Positions 46,948 to 56,050 of a stretch of DNA of 64,000 nucleotides are shown piece by piece (positions within the stretch are counted from its first letter, which is position 1; every line of letters starts with the position of its first letter). The notes beneath the pieces are model-generated. The model ran no database searches and had not been told where the DNA came from. It worked only from the letters and a program-made list of their open reading frames with translations. This stretch comes from Candidatus Enterousia sp. GTDB lineage: Bacteria > Pseudomonadota > Alphaproteobacteria > Rs-D84. The translations under genes were made by a program, and so were the position numbers. The stretch is taken from positions 24,525 to 88,524 of the forward strand of contig JAZQCG010000001.1 of assembly GCA_045546155.1 (NCBI GenBank), written 5' to 3'.

Positions 46948-48036
46948 ATGAGAAATTTATTTTTTAAGACATTTGGTGTTGTTTTTGCTGTATTAACACT
47001 GGCTTCGTGTGATTTATCAACCCCAACGTCAACAACAGATAATTCTGTTTTACCATCTAATTTCAAGCGTGTATCGTATTCTCAATTGCCGGGCTGGCGT
47101 GATGATGATGTGCGATATGCCCTGCAAGCGTTTCGTAATTCGTGCCGTGCAAAAATTCAATATGTTGGCCGCGTAATGCCAGATCGTGAATTATTTGCTG
47201 AAAAATGCCGTATGTTGCCATCTGCATCTGCTGATGTGAAAACGGTACGTGCATGGTTTGAATCTCATTTCCAGCCATATCAAATTTATAATGACAATGG
47301 TGGGGATCGTGGAACATATACTGGATATTATTCGCCGGTTATCCCGGGATGTCGCACAAAAACAGCCCAGTGTAACGAGCCACTAATGGGAATCCCAACC
47401 GATGGCCGTGGATACAAGGGGGTTGCAAAAAAAGACATTGTTGAAAAGAAAATTGGTCGTGTTTTGTATTGGGCAAATATTGTAGATGTCCAAAATATTC
47501 AGATTCAAGGCTCTGGTGTCTTGCGCCTAGAAGATGGCACAAATGTAAAATTAAATTTTGCTGCTGTAAACGATATGCCGTTTAAATCCATTGGCGAAGA
47601 ATTACGTCGTCGTGGTATTCGCCCAGCGGGTGGATATTCGGCAGACGCGGTTTGGACACATTTGAAACAAAATCCAACATTGGCACGTGATGTAATTTAT
47701 GCAAATCCACGTTATGTTTATTTTTATGAATCCAAGCCCGCCGATGTAATTGGTAAACTGGGCACGCCACTGTCCAAGATTCGCAGTGTTGCAATGGACG
47801 ACGATTTGTATACACTGGGGCTGCCGGTTTATATTAATACCAATCTGTCGGATGGTCGTCCGTTCCGCCGCCTTATGATTGCCCAAGATACCGGCAGTGC
47901 AATCCGCGGCTGGATTCGCGCAGATATATTCTTTGGTTCTGGGGACGAAGCATATAAACTTGCCCAGGGCCAGCATGCCCAGGGTCAAATGTTTATCCTG
48001 ATGCCAAAGGTATACAGTTATGTCAAACCACAATAA
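46948..48036 (+). CDS. mltA: Membrane-bound lytic murein transglycosylase A
   Basis: Lipobox LTLASC, MltA and 3D-domain motifs (AQDTGSAIRG). Confidence 0.88.
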   Translation: MRNLFFKTFGVVFAVLTLASCDLSTPTSTTDNSVLPSNFKRVSYSQLPGWRDDDVRYALQAFRNSCRAKIQYVGRVMPDRELFAEKCRMLPSASADVKTVRAWFESHFQPYQIYNDNGGDRGTYTGYYSPVIPGCRTKTAQCNEPLMGIPTDGRGYKGVAKKDIVEKKIGRVLYWANIVDVQNIQIQGSGVLRLEDGTNVKLNFAAVNDMPFKSIGEELRRRGIRPAGGYSADAVWTHLKQNPTLARDVIYANPRYVYFYESKPADVIGKLGTPLSKIRSVAMDDDLYTLGLPVYINTNLSDGRPFRRLMIAQDTGSAIRGWIRADIFFGSGDEAYKLAQGQHAQGQMFILMPKVYSYVKPQ

Positions 48037-48355
48037 TGATGATAAATTTTCAAGACGTGCCGCCCGACCTCAGAGCATGGCCGGCATTATGGGCGGGTTC
48101 TTGAAAATGTTCGGTATGCGGGCATCTGATTCTGATTTGGCGGCACGCTGGGGCGAAATTATGGGTGCTGATATTGCGGCGGTGGCCAGTTTGGTGGCAA
48201 TCAAAAAAATGCGTGATGATAAATTTAATGTTACAATTCGGCCTGTAAATCCAGCGTATACATTGCAATTATCATACATGGCGGACGAGATTACCATGCG
48301 CATAAACAAATATTTTGGTTATGATGCAGTTGGAAAAATAAGTTTTAGGAAATGA
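48020..48355 (+). CDS. DUF721 (DciA-like) protein
   Basis: W..IMG..IA pattern, then a beta-rich segment and ...ITMRINKYFGY. Overlaps the mltA stop and the ruvC start. Confidence 0.6.
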   Translation: MSNHNNDDKFSRRAARPQSMAGIMGGFLKMFGMRASDSDLAARWGEIMGADIAAVASLVAIKKMRDDKFNVTIRPVNPAYTLQLSYMADEITMRINKYFGYDAVGKISFRK

Positions 48356-48837
48356 CAAAACGTATATTGGGGATTGACCCTGGACTTTTGCATACAGGTT
48401 GGGCGATTGTTGAAGCGTGCGGTCAATCACGTAAATATATCGCCAGTGGTGTAATTTTGCCGAAAACAACCCTGCCTATGTCGGAAAGATTGGTAACGAT
48501 TTATCGCGAACTAACAAAAATCTGTGAAACTTATTCGCCCGACGAATGCAGTATTGAAATTATATTTGTGAATAAAAACCCAAAAACAACATTGATTCTG
48601 GGTCAGGCGCGTTCATCCGCAATCGTAGCGGTTGCAAATCAAAATATCCCAGTATTTGAATACGAACCAAATGTTATAAAAAAGGCATTAACCGGCGCGG
48701 GGCATGCAGATAAATCAGCGGTTGATAAAATGGTCAAAATTTTACTGCCGGTTGCCAATCCCAAAACCCCAGACGAAGCGGATGCTATTGCAATTGCACT
48801 GGCACATACGAATATGGCATTTTTTGCGCGCCGTTAA
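48352..48837 (+). CDS. ruvC: Holliday junction resolvase RuvC
   Basis: ILGIDPGLLHTGWAIVE... and EADAIAIALAH. Confidence 0.93.
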   Translation: MTKRILGIDPGLLHTGWAIVEACGQSRKYIASGVILPKTTLPMSERLVTIYRELTKICETYSPDECSIEIIFVNKNPKTTLILGQARSSAIVAVANQNIPVFEYEPNVIKKALTGAGHADKSAVDKMVKILLPVANPKTPDEADAIAIALAHTNMAFFARR

Positions 48838-48938
48838 TGTGCGGTGTGTGCTGTTTTTCCACTTGTGTTTAAATCTGCGTTATTTTAATATTTAAGCAAA
48901 GGAATCCGTTTGTTTTTCATGCGGGGGGAAATGGCTTT

Positions 48939-50429
48939 ATGAAAAAAATATTTTTTCCAATATGTATGTGCTTAATATCCACAGGTGCGATGGCGATGGT
49001 TTATACCCCAGATGACACAACCAGTGGGTGCACAGATCAAACCACATCCGACGCGTGTTATAGCAAGGCAAATAATTGTTGGTGGAATATAACCGGCACC
49101 GGTAGAGGTGAATGTATCGAATGCGACTTTGGCATGGGGGCTGTGCCCGACAATGGTAATGCAACATGGCTAAAAGAAAAAATGAGTGTTGTTGCAACAA
49201 TTGAAAATGGCACACATCCGTTATTTAGTTGGAATTATAGTGAATATAACTATTGCCCATGGATTTTAAGTTGTGATGCTGGATATGTCCCATACATGGA
49301 ATTTTTTTCTTGCAGTCAATGTGCGGACGATACATTTTCATCCGACAGAAAAGCAATCCTGGTTGTGAAATCGGATTTAGCCTATGAATACAATCTGGCA
49401 ACACAAAAGGTTACCGAAAACGAATACGGTTCGTCCAGTGGTATGGGCTGTACGCCGTGTGGTGCAAATGCACACTCAAATGAAACCCATACAGATTGTG
49501 TTTGCGATGAACATTATTCGTTCGCGGGTGGCGAACACGTTGGCAATAATGACTGTTATGCCAAGTTTTATAATTTTTATTTACATCCATCTGGCCCCAG
49601 CACAAATACAACCGATGATTTTGTGTCTTATGAATATAAAGCGTATTTTTCTTATAATGGTACCGATGGTGAATCTGTGAAATTGGCCGAACCCAGCCTT
49701 GATAAAAAAAGCTTTATCGGTTGGTTTTCTGGGGGCGCAAGTTGCGATGGGCAACAGTATTTTGTAGATAATATCGCAACTGGCAATCCGATTGATATAT
49801 ATGATAATGATGCATGTAAAGATTATGATGGCGACAATATTCATTTGCATGCCAAGTATGATTGGAAAAATTATACTGTTTCATATGATGATAACAGTGG
49901 CCATACCCAAACATGTACATATAATTCAAGCTGTGTTATTGATTATACGCCGACAACAACCGTTCCAGACGGCCGGTTATTTAAATATTGGACAACTGCT
50001 AGTGGCTCAGAAATAAAACCGGGCGATGATATAGTGTCTCTGGAACAATCGACTATTGCAGAATTTGAAAAGGATACTTTTGTACTGACCCCGAAATACA
50101 AGAATTGTCCAGCGGGATATTATTGTCAATCGGGGCAACAATACCCATGTGACAAAGGACGTCTTTGCCCCGAGGGCAGCGGTTATCAGGGAAATTGTCC
50201 GGCTGGCTCGTTTTGTTCGCCTGATTACGCCACCCCACAATATTGTACCCCAGGATATTATTGTCCAGAAAATTCCAGTGCGCCAACAAAGTGCCCTGTT
50301 GGCTCAACTAGTGAGGCTATGGCCACGGCAAAAACCAAGTGTTTTATGACTGAAAATACCAAGTTCCAAGATTCGTCCGGCCAAGAATTTAAATTGTTGA
50401 AATCGGGTACAAAAATATACGTTAAATAA
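48939..50429 (+). CDS. Secreted Cys-rich repeat protein (InlB-B-type repeats plus CPxGxYC repeats)
   Basis: Signal peptide MKKIFFPICMCLISTGAMA. CxxC..T[FY]S motifs (CSQCADDTFS, CTPCGANAHS). YTVSYDDNSG...GRLFKYW...LTPKY repeats. C-terminal CPAGYYC/CPEGSGY/CPAGSFC/CTPGYYCPENS/CPVGSTS. Confidence 0.8.
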   Translation: MKKIFFPICMCLISTGAMAMVYTPDDTTSGCTDQTTSDACYSKANNCWWNITGTGRGECIECDFGMGAVPDNGNATWLKEKMSVVATIENGTHPLFSWNYSEYNYCPWILSCDAGYVPYMEFFSCSQCADDTFSSDRKAILVVKSDLAYEYNLATQKVTENEYGSSSGMGCTPCGANAHSNETHTDCVCDEHYSFAGGEHVGNNDCYAKFYNFYLHPSGPSTNTTDDFVSYEYKAYFSYNGTDGESVKLAEPSLDKKSFIGWFSGGASCDGQQYFVDNIATGNPIDIYDNDACKDYDGDNIHLHAKYDWKNYTVSYDDNSGHTQTCTYNSSCVIDYTPTTTVPDGRLFKYWTTASGSEIKPGDDIVSLEQSTIAEFEKDTFVLTPKYKNCPAGYYCQSGQQYPCDKGRLCPEGSGYQGNCPAGSFCSPDYATPQYCTPGYYCPENSSAPTKCPVGSTSEAMATAKTKCFMTENTKFQDSSGQEFKLLKSGTKIYVK

Positions 50430-50439
50430 ACCTAAAAAA

Positions 50440-50458
50440 ATCCCCCATGTCGGGGGAT
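50440..50458. terminator. Bidirectional terminator (ATCCCCC..GGGGGAT family)
   Basis: ATCCCCC-ATGTC-GGGGGAT flanked by A- and T-runs. Confidence 0.75.
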
Positions 50459-50461
50459 TTT

Positions 50462-51679
50462 TTATTCATATCTTAGACTATCTATTGGGTTAAGCTTGGC
50501 GGCCTTCATAGCCGGCATAACCCCCGATGCCAGTCCCACAACAACCGCCACCGATACTGATAACACAACCGGCCAAATGCTAAATGGCACATTATAACCT
50601 AATATTCCGCGCCCTACCCCCTGGGACAGACCCACACCAATTATCAATCCAATCATAGAACCCAAGAAGGAAATCATAATCGATTCTGCCAAGAACTGGA
50701 TAATAATGTGTCTTTCGCGTGCACCAATTGCCTTGCGGATACCGATTTCGCGTGTGCGTTCCGCCACCGATACAAGCATCATGTTCATAATCCCAATCGC
50801 ACCAACCAATAATGACACCGCCGCAATCGCAATCAATAATAATTTCATATAACCGGTAACGGTATTCATTGTTTCCATAATTTGCTTCATATCCATGATT
50901 TGGAAATCATCCACCACATCGTCTTTTAATCTGTGACGTTGCCGCAATAATGTGGTTATTTGTTCAATTGCCAACGCATTGTCAGATTCTGGATATAACT
51001 TTAATGCGATCATGTTCACAGAATTTGGAAATCTTGACCCCTGCAAGCGTTTTTTTAGGGTTGTAATCGGCACAATCACCATGTCGTCTTGGCTGCCCAT
51101 GGCGGAATCACCTTTGGCTTTTGTAACCCCGATAATTGTCACAGGTGTGTTTTGAATACGGATAACTTCGCCCACCGGATTTTCGGGCAGCCCCAGTTCT
51201 TCGGCGGTTTCTGGGCCTATGACCGCATATGTCGATGCGTTTCGTACCGCAGACATATCAAAAAATGTCCCGTATTCGATTTCAACATTTTGTACAGTTG
51301 TATAGTCTGGGTATACCCCCATCATAGACGTGCCCCAGTTTTTATTGCCATAAATCACCTGGGCCGAACCGGGCTGAACCGGTGAAATCGCCATAACGTC
51401 CGGTAATTTTGCGATAAATTGTGCGTCGTCAATTGTTAATGTTTGACGATTTCCTGTACGCACACCCGCGCTTTGCGCAGCGCCGGCGCGAATCATAATA
51501 GTGTTTGTCCCCAGGGACGAAAATTGGTCTGTGATTTGGTGCTGTACTGTTTCGCCGACTGCGACCATAATCACCACCGCCATAACACCGATGATAATCC
51601 CCAGAACGGTCAAAAAAGAACGAATTTTGTTCCCACTGATGGAAAGCCAAGATTCTTTTAAAATGTCATTAATGCTCAT
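50462..51679 (-). CDS. ABC transporter permease, MacB/FtsX type
   Basis: N-terminus ...NKIRSFLTVLGIIIGVMAVV, large periplasmic domain and a C-terminal FtsX 3-TM bundle (REIGIRKAIGA). Confidence 0.88.
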   Translation of the reverse strand: MSINDILKESWLSISGNKIRSFLTVLGIIIGVMAVVIMVAVGETVQHQITDQFSSLGTNTIMIRAGAAQSAGVRTGNRQTLTIDDAQFIAKLPDVMAISPVQPGSAQVIYGNKNWGTSMMGVYPDYTTVQNVEIEYGTFFDMSAVRNASTYAVIGPETAEELGLPENPVGEVIRIQNTPVTIIGVTKAKGDSAMGSQDDMVIVPITTLKKRLQGSRFPNSVNMIALKLYPESDNALAIEQITTLLRQRHRLKDDVVDDFQIMDMKQIMETMNTVTGYMKLLLIAIAAVSLLVGAIGIMNMMLVSVAERTREIGIRKAIGARERHIIIQFLAESIMISFLGSMIGLIIGVGLSQGVGRGILGYNVPFSIWPVVLSVSVAVVVGLASGVMPAMKAAKLNPIDSLRYE

Positions 51680-51700
51680 ATTTATGCCCTGCCCTAGTAT

Positions 51701-52423
51701 TTATAAATTATTATCGTTCTTTGGGATTTTTCCGTCATAGTTTATTTTTCCATCACGAATATGAATCAGTCTGTCTGCGTATTTTGCAATATCGAATTCG
51801 TGGGTAATCATAACGATTGTAATGCCCAGGTCTTTGTTCAATTCCTTAAAGAATTTAAGGATTTCATTTCCCATTTTACTGTCCAGTGCGCCTGTTGGCT
51901 CGTCCGCCAGGATTAATTTAGGTTCGCCCGCCAATGCGCGTGCAATTGCGACACGTTGTTTCATACCGCCCGACAATTGCGTTGGTAAATAAGATGCAAA
52001 ATTTTCCAGTCCAACGCGCTTTAACATTTCACGTGCGCGCCGTTCGCGTTCGTCGTGTGTCATCCCGCGATACATTAACGGCAACATTACATTGTCTAAA
52101 ACACTGCGTTTTGGTAACAAATTAAATTGTTGAAAAACAAATCCAATATATTCATTTCGCACCAGTGCTAGTTCATCTGTACTTAATCCCGTCACGTCAT
52201 TGCCATACAGTTCATATACCCCACTGGTCGGTGTGTCCAGTGCACCAATAATATTCATGCACGTTGATTTGCCTGACCCTGACGGCCCCATGATTGCAAC
52301 GAATTCGCCGGTTTTTACGGTAAAGTTTATGTCAAATAAAACCTGTTGTTCGCCCCCCAGTTCCATTGGGAAACTTTTGTTAATATCTTTTAGCGAAATG
52401 ATAATCTCGGATGATTTTTTCAT
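51701..52423 (-). CDS. ABC transporter ATP-binding protein, MacB/LolD-like
   Basis: Walker A GPSGSGKST, signature LSGGMKQR, Walker B ILADEPTGALD. Confidence 0.92.
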   Translation of the reverse strand: MKKSSEIIISLKDINKSFPMELGGEQQVLFDINFTVKTGEFVAIMGPSGSGKSTCMNIIGALDTPTSGVYELYGNDVTGLSTDELALVRNEYIGFVFQQFNLLPKRSVLDNVMLPLMYRGMTHDERERRAREMLKRVGLENFASYLPTQLSGGMKQRVAIARALAGEPKLILADEPTGALDSKMGNEILKFFKELNKDLGITIVMITHEFDIAKYADRLIHIRDGKINYDGKIPKNDNNL

Positions 52424-52497
52424 TATTCTCTTTCCCCTGCGTTTACAAAATATTATATCATAAAAATAGCAAGTAGATAAATTGATTTATATGCTAA

Positions 52498-52525
52498 TTG
52501 ACAAATAAATATTTAGTGGTACAAT
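52498..52525 (+). promoter_or_regulatory. Putative sigma-70 promoter for radical SAM paralog 2
   Basis: TTGACA (52498-52503), 16-nt spacer, TACAAT (52520-52525). The -10 ends only 9 nt before the ATG at 52535. Confidence 0.4.
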
Positions 52526-52534
52526 AGGCGCACG

Positions 52535-53545
52535 ATGTTGAAAATAAAACAGGTTTTTGAATATGCAATTGACCGGCTTTTGCCGGCGGGCGTGCTTGTA
52601 CGTAATTTGCCGTATGTTATGATTTTCAAGACCACACATTGGTGTTGGTACAATTGCCCGCATTGTTGCGAGTCTGCGGGTAAAAATCGCCCTGCTGAAT
52701 TTATTCCGGCCGATGTTATAAAATATTATACAGATGCCGCAAAATCAGATCCAAAATTTACAAAAGAAATGGTTTTGACCGGTGGCGAAATAATGGCGTC
52801 TTATAAATTCAATATGGAAAACTATGTCCCAGAATTGGCGGATTATATCGCCGGACGTGGTATTCGTATGGATATAAAAACAAATGGCGCGTGGATTCGT
52901 AACCAAGACTTGCGTGCTAAAATTATCCCCGATTTAGTCAATGTAAACGAGCGCCACTCGCAATTGCGAAAATTGCCATATCAATTATCTTTGTCATTGG
53001 ATAAATATCATCCAAATGCGCTGGAAAATACATATGAAATAATCTGTGAATTGGCGCGACGCAATAAAAACAAGCCAACAATTTTGGTGCATATATCCGG
53101 CTTTATGGGCCAGGATAAAATTTACAAAGAATTGCTGGCCAAATTGTCTGGAAATCGCAACATAAAGATCGAAGAAGCCTTTATTGCGGCAAAATCTGGA
53201 AACGCTATACCGTTGCACGTTATCAATCGTTGTGTGGCACTGCGTCCATCATTTAATGCGGTGCTTTTTGCCGGTGGGCGCGCCCAGAATTTACCAGAGG
53301 CCACCCCCGCCGCCAACCCAACATTTGAAATACTAAATCAAGACGCAGAAGTTTTAATGGCATTTGATGCGGCGGGAAATGTAACGCTGGGGGGAAATTC
53401 AGGGCGTAAAATAACTGTGCCTTGGCGTGATGCAAATGGAAATCCCCGGGATTTACCGGCAATCAGGCATGATTTAGTGCAACGTGCCCGATATGAACAA
53501 TTACGTCAAAATCTTATAAATTTAAAGCGAATTTTTATTAAGTAA
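52535..53545 (+). CDS. Radical SAM-like protein, uncharacterised family (paralog 2)
   Basis: CWYNCPHC fits CxxxCxxC. Has GGEIM, IKTNGAW and LSLSLDKYHP, collinear with 2969-3916. Confidence 0.7.
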   Translation: MLKIKQVFEYAIDRLLPAGVLVRNLPYVMIFKTTHWCWYNCPHCCESAGKNRPAEFIPADVIKYYTDAAKSDPKFTKEMVLTGGEIMASYKFNMENYVPELADYIAGRGIRMDIKTNGAWIRNQDLRAKIIPDLVNVNERHSQLRKLPYQLSLSLDKYHPNALENTYEIICELARRNKNKPTILVHISGFMGQDKIYKELLAKLSGNRNIKIEEAFIAAKSGNAIPLHVINRCVALRPSFNAVLFAGGRAQNLPEATPAANPTFEILNQDAEVLMAFDAAGNVTLGGNSGRKITVPWRDANGNPRDLPAIRHDLVQRARYEQLRQNLINLKRIFIK

Positions 53546-53553
53546 AATTGTTA

Positions 53554-53581
53554 AAAAAAGCCGGCATTTGCCGGCATTTTT
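53554..53581. terminator. Bidirectional terminator, CCGGCATTTGCCGG family
   Basis: AAAAAAGCCGGC-ATTT-GCCGGCATTTTT between convergent genes. Confidence 0.78.
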
Positions 53582-54458
53582 ATGACAGTTTTTTTATCAA
53601 TTCTTCCAGTTGGATTCGCGTAGCGAACGAAATAACAATCTGCCCTGCTCCGCCCCGACGTTCCACGATTTTTACCGGTGCACCAATGTTTTTAGTGACA
53701 TTTGATTCCATTTCACGAACAATTTTTGGGTCGATTGTTTTTGAAATTTTTTCCCGGCATTTACCGGCCTTTTTGCCACTATTTACCAGTCGCTGTGTGT
53801 CGGCCACAGAAATTTTTTCGCCAATAATTTTATGTGCTAAATCTTCTGGATTGTCGGCAACTGCAATTGTTCGTGCGTGGGATGCGGATATTTCGCCCGA
53901 TGCAACCAATGTTTTTACAGATTCTGGCAAATTATTTATGCGCATGATGTTGCGAATATAACTTTCTGATTTGCCAATTAAACGCACAACGTCTAAAATT
54001 TCATAGCCGCATTCCGTCATAAGGTTTTTGTATGCGTTTGCTTCTTCGATTGGATTCAAGTTCTCGCGCTGAACATTTTCAATCAGGGCGATTTCCATTG
54101 CGTTTTCGTTGCTTAATGTTTTGACTAGTGCGGGAATTTCGCTTAATCCAGCCAATTTACTGGCGCGATATCTGCGTTCGCCTGCGACTATTTCGTACAT
54201 ATGTGGGCGACCTGAAACGGTGCGTAACAATATTGGTTGCAATACGCCTTTTTCGCGAATAGATGCGGCTAAATCATTTAATTCTTCGCTGTTAAACGTT
54301 TTTCGTGGCTGGTCTGGATTTGTTCCGATTTGTGCCAATGGGATTTGCTTTACAATAACGCGTTCAGTTCCCGCCAAAATAGAAATATCCGGGATTGTTC
54401 CCTTTGCTATCTGCAGGTCTGCCAACCCGCGCCCCAGTCCAAATTTATTCGCTGACAT
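53580..54458 (-). CDS. parB: Chromosome partitioning protein ParB
   Basis: NPDQPRK, EIVAGERRYRASKLAG and an HTH region. Confidence 0.94.
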   Translation of the reverse strand: MSANKFGLGRGLADLQIAKGTIPDISILAGTERVIVKQIPLAQIGTNPDQPRKTFNSEELNDLAASIREKGVLQPILLRTVSGRPHMYEIVAGERRYRASKLAGLSEIPALVKTLSNENAMEIALIENVQRENLNPIEEANAYKNLMTECGYEILDVVRLIGKSESYIRNIMRINNLPESVKTLVASGEISASHARTIAVADNPEDLAHKIIGEKISVADTQRLVNSGKKAGKCREKISKTIDPKIVREMESNVTKNIGAPVKIVERRGGAGQIVISFATRIQLEELIKKLS

Positions 54459-55230
54459 TTTCGATTCCTTCGGTTTTTTGAATTACTTCGGTTGCAACGC
54501 GCAGGTATGCCTGGGCCCCCGGTGATTTGAAATCATAGAATAGGGCGGGTTTGCCATGGCTTGGCGCTTCGGACACGCGGACGTTGCGTGGAACGACGGT
54601 TTTAAATACGGTTGCGCCAAACGCGCCACGAACGTCGTCTTCGACTGCACGGGTCAGGCCGTATTGTTTTGCGTACATTGTTAACAGTACGCCCAATATT
54701 TCCAGATTTGGATTCCATTTTTCACGCACTGCGGCGATTGTGTCTGTTAATTGTGTTAATCCTTCCAGTGCGTAAAATTCGCATTGCAGGGGGATTATAA
54801 CTGAATTAGCGGCCGTTAAAGCATTGACGGTTAAGTAACCCAAGGCTGGCGGACAATCCAATAAAATATAATCATAATGGTCAGCAATTGTGCTTAGTGC
54901 ATCGCGCAGGCGAAATTCCGGATTTTCCATCCCTAATAAATCAATTTCTAGGCCTGCTAATGCCTGGGAAGAGGGCAGCAAATGTAACCCTGGAACAGCG
55001 GTTGATAAAATGTTGTTTGCGATGTTTGCTGTGCCCATTATAACGCCGTACGCGCTTTGACGATGGTCTGCGCGAACAAAACCCAGTCCTGTGCCAGCAT
55101 TTCCCTGGGGGTCCAGATCGATTAACAAAACGCGGCGCTTAATGGCGGCCAATGATGCGCCAATATTAATAGCGGTCGTTGTTTTTCCAACGCCGCCTTT
55201 TTGATTTGCAAATGCTATGATTTGTACCAT
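54445..55230 (-). CDS. parA: Chromosome partitioning ATPase ParA (Soj)
   Basis: Deviant Walker A NQKGGVGKTTTAINI. Overlaps the parB start. Confidence 0.94.
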   Translation of the reverse strand: MVQIIAFANQKGGVGKTTTAINIGASLAAIKRRVLLIDLDPQGNAGTGLGFVRADHRQSAYGVIMGTANIANNILSTAVPGLHLLPSSQALAGLEIDLLGMENPEFRLRDALSTIADHYDYILLDCPPALGYLTVNALTAANSVIIPLQCEFYALEGLTQLTDTIAAVREKWNPNLEILGVLLTMYAKQYGLTRAVEDDVRGAFGATVFKTVVPRNVRVSEAPSHGKPALFYDFKSPGAQAYLRVATEVIQKTEGIENVSE

Positions 55231-55346
55231 ATTCCCTTTCCTAAGAATTTAATTTAACTTCTTTTAAAGATTATAAAAAAACACCGATTCAGTCAAGGTC
55301 TTAAAATTGTGTATAAAAATCATGTAAAAACAATACGCTGCTTGTT

Positions 55347-55360
55347 ATTTCATGTGAAAT
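55347..55360. promoter_or_regulatory. parS-like half-palindrome, site 1 (ATTTCATGTGAAAT)
   Basis: The extended 16-mer TATTTCATGTGAAATA matches parS consensus TGTTNCACGTGAAACA at 13 of 16 positions. Lies upstream of parA. Confidence 0.5.
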
Positions 55361-55395
55361 ATGTGTGTTTTTTGTTGTGGCTGGTGAATATATAA

Positions 55396-55420
55396 AAATA
55401 CCGGCATTTGCCGGCAAAAA
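55396..55420 (-). terminator. Terminator after rsmG, CCGGCATTTGCCGG family
   Basis: Read on the minus strand: TTTTTGCCGGC-AAAT-GCCGGTATTTTTATA. Confidence 0.65.
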
Positions 55421-55455
55421 ACTAAAAAACAACTAAAAACAATAAAGTGTTAATA

Positions 55456-55469
55456 ATTTCATGTGAAAT
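55456..55469. promoter_or_regulatory. parS-like half-palindrome, site 2 (ATTTCATGTGAAAT)
   Basis: The 14-mer is identical to site 1. It overlaps the rsmG stop codon. Confidence 0.45.
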
Positions 55470-56029
55470 CATCGATCGAAACGAACCGAAATAATAAAAC
55501 CGTCGCCAGTTTTTGATGGGGTCAGGTCGTAATTGAATTTATATTTACGTTTTGCTTCGTTGATTTCGGATTCGATTTCCCGGCCTTTTAATAGAAAAAG
55601 CCGGTATTTTGTGTGTGCAACGTAATCCATAATTTTGGTTAGTGATGCAAATGCCCGTGCGGTGAATACAAAATCATGCGAATTTGCCGGTAAATGCCGG
55701 ACAAAATCTTCCAATCTGCCGTGATAAATTTCCAGGTTGTTTAGCCCCAGTTTATCTTTTACGGTGCGCAAAAAAGAAACTTTTTTCCCGATTGATTCGA
55801 CACATGTTACGTTCCATCCTAAAATAGCCAGAACAACAGCTGGGAATCCTGCGCCACTGCCCATGTCTATTACTTTGACGTTACGTGGTAAAACATCGGC
55901 CAATTGCGCCGAATCGGCAATGTGGCGCGTTTTTATGTCGTTTAGCGTGCTGGGCGCAACCAAATTCATGCGCGTTGACCAATCGCGCAACATATTTTCG
56001 TATCGTTCAAATTTGACTTTATTGCTCAT
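55469..56029 (-). CDS. rsmG: 16S rRNA (guanine527-N7)-methyltransferase RsmG (GidB)
   Basis: SAM motif VIDMGSGAGFPAVVLAI. Upstream of parAB. Confidence 0.9.
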   Translation of the reverse strand: MSNKVKFERYENMLRDWSTRMNLVAPSTLNDIKTRHIADSAQLADVLPRNVKVIDMGSGAGFPAVVLAILGWNVTCVESIGKKVSFLRTVKDKLGLNNLEIYHGRLEDFVRHLPANSHDFVFTARAFASLTKIMDYVAHTKYRLFLLKGREIESEINEAKRKYKFNYDLTPSKTGDGFIISVRFDR

Positions 56030-56050
56030 AAGCGGTATTCTAACACAATT

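Noticed and set aside
55347-55469. TTTCATGTGAAA motifs considered as DnaA boxes marking oriC
   Set aside because: They do not match TTATCCACA, and no cluster of DnaA boxes or AT-rich unwinding repeats was seen. Similarity to parS is much stronger.
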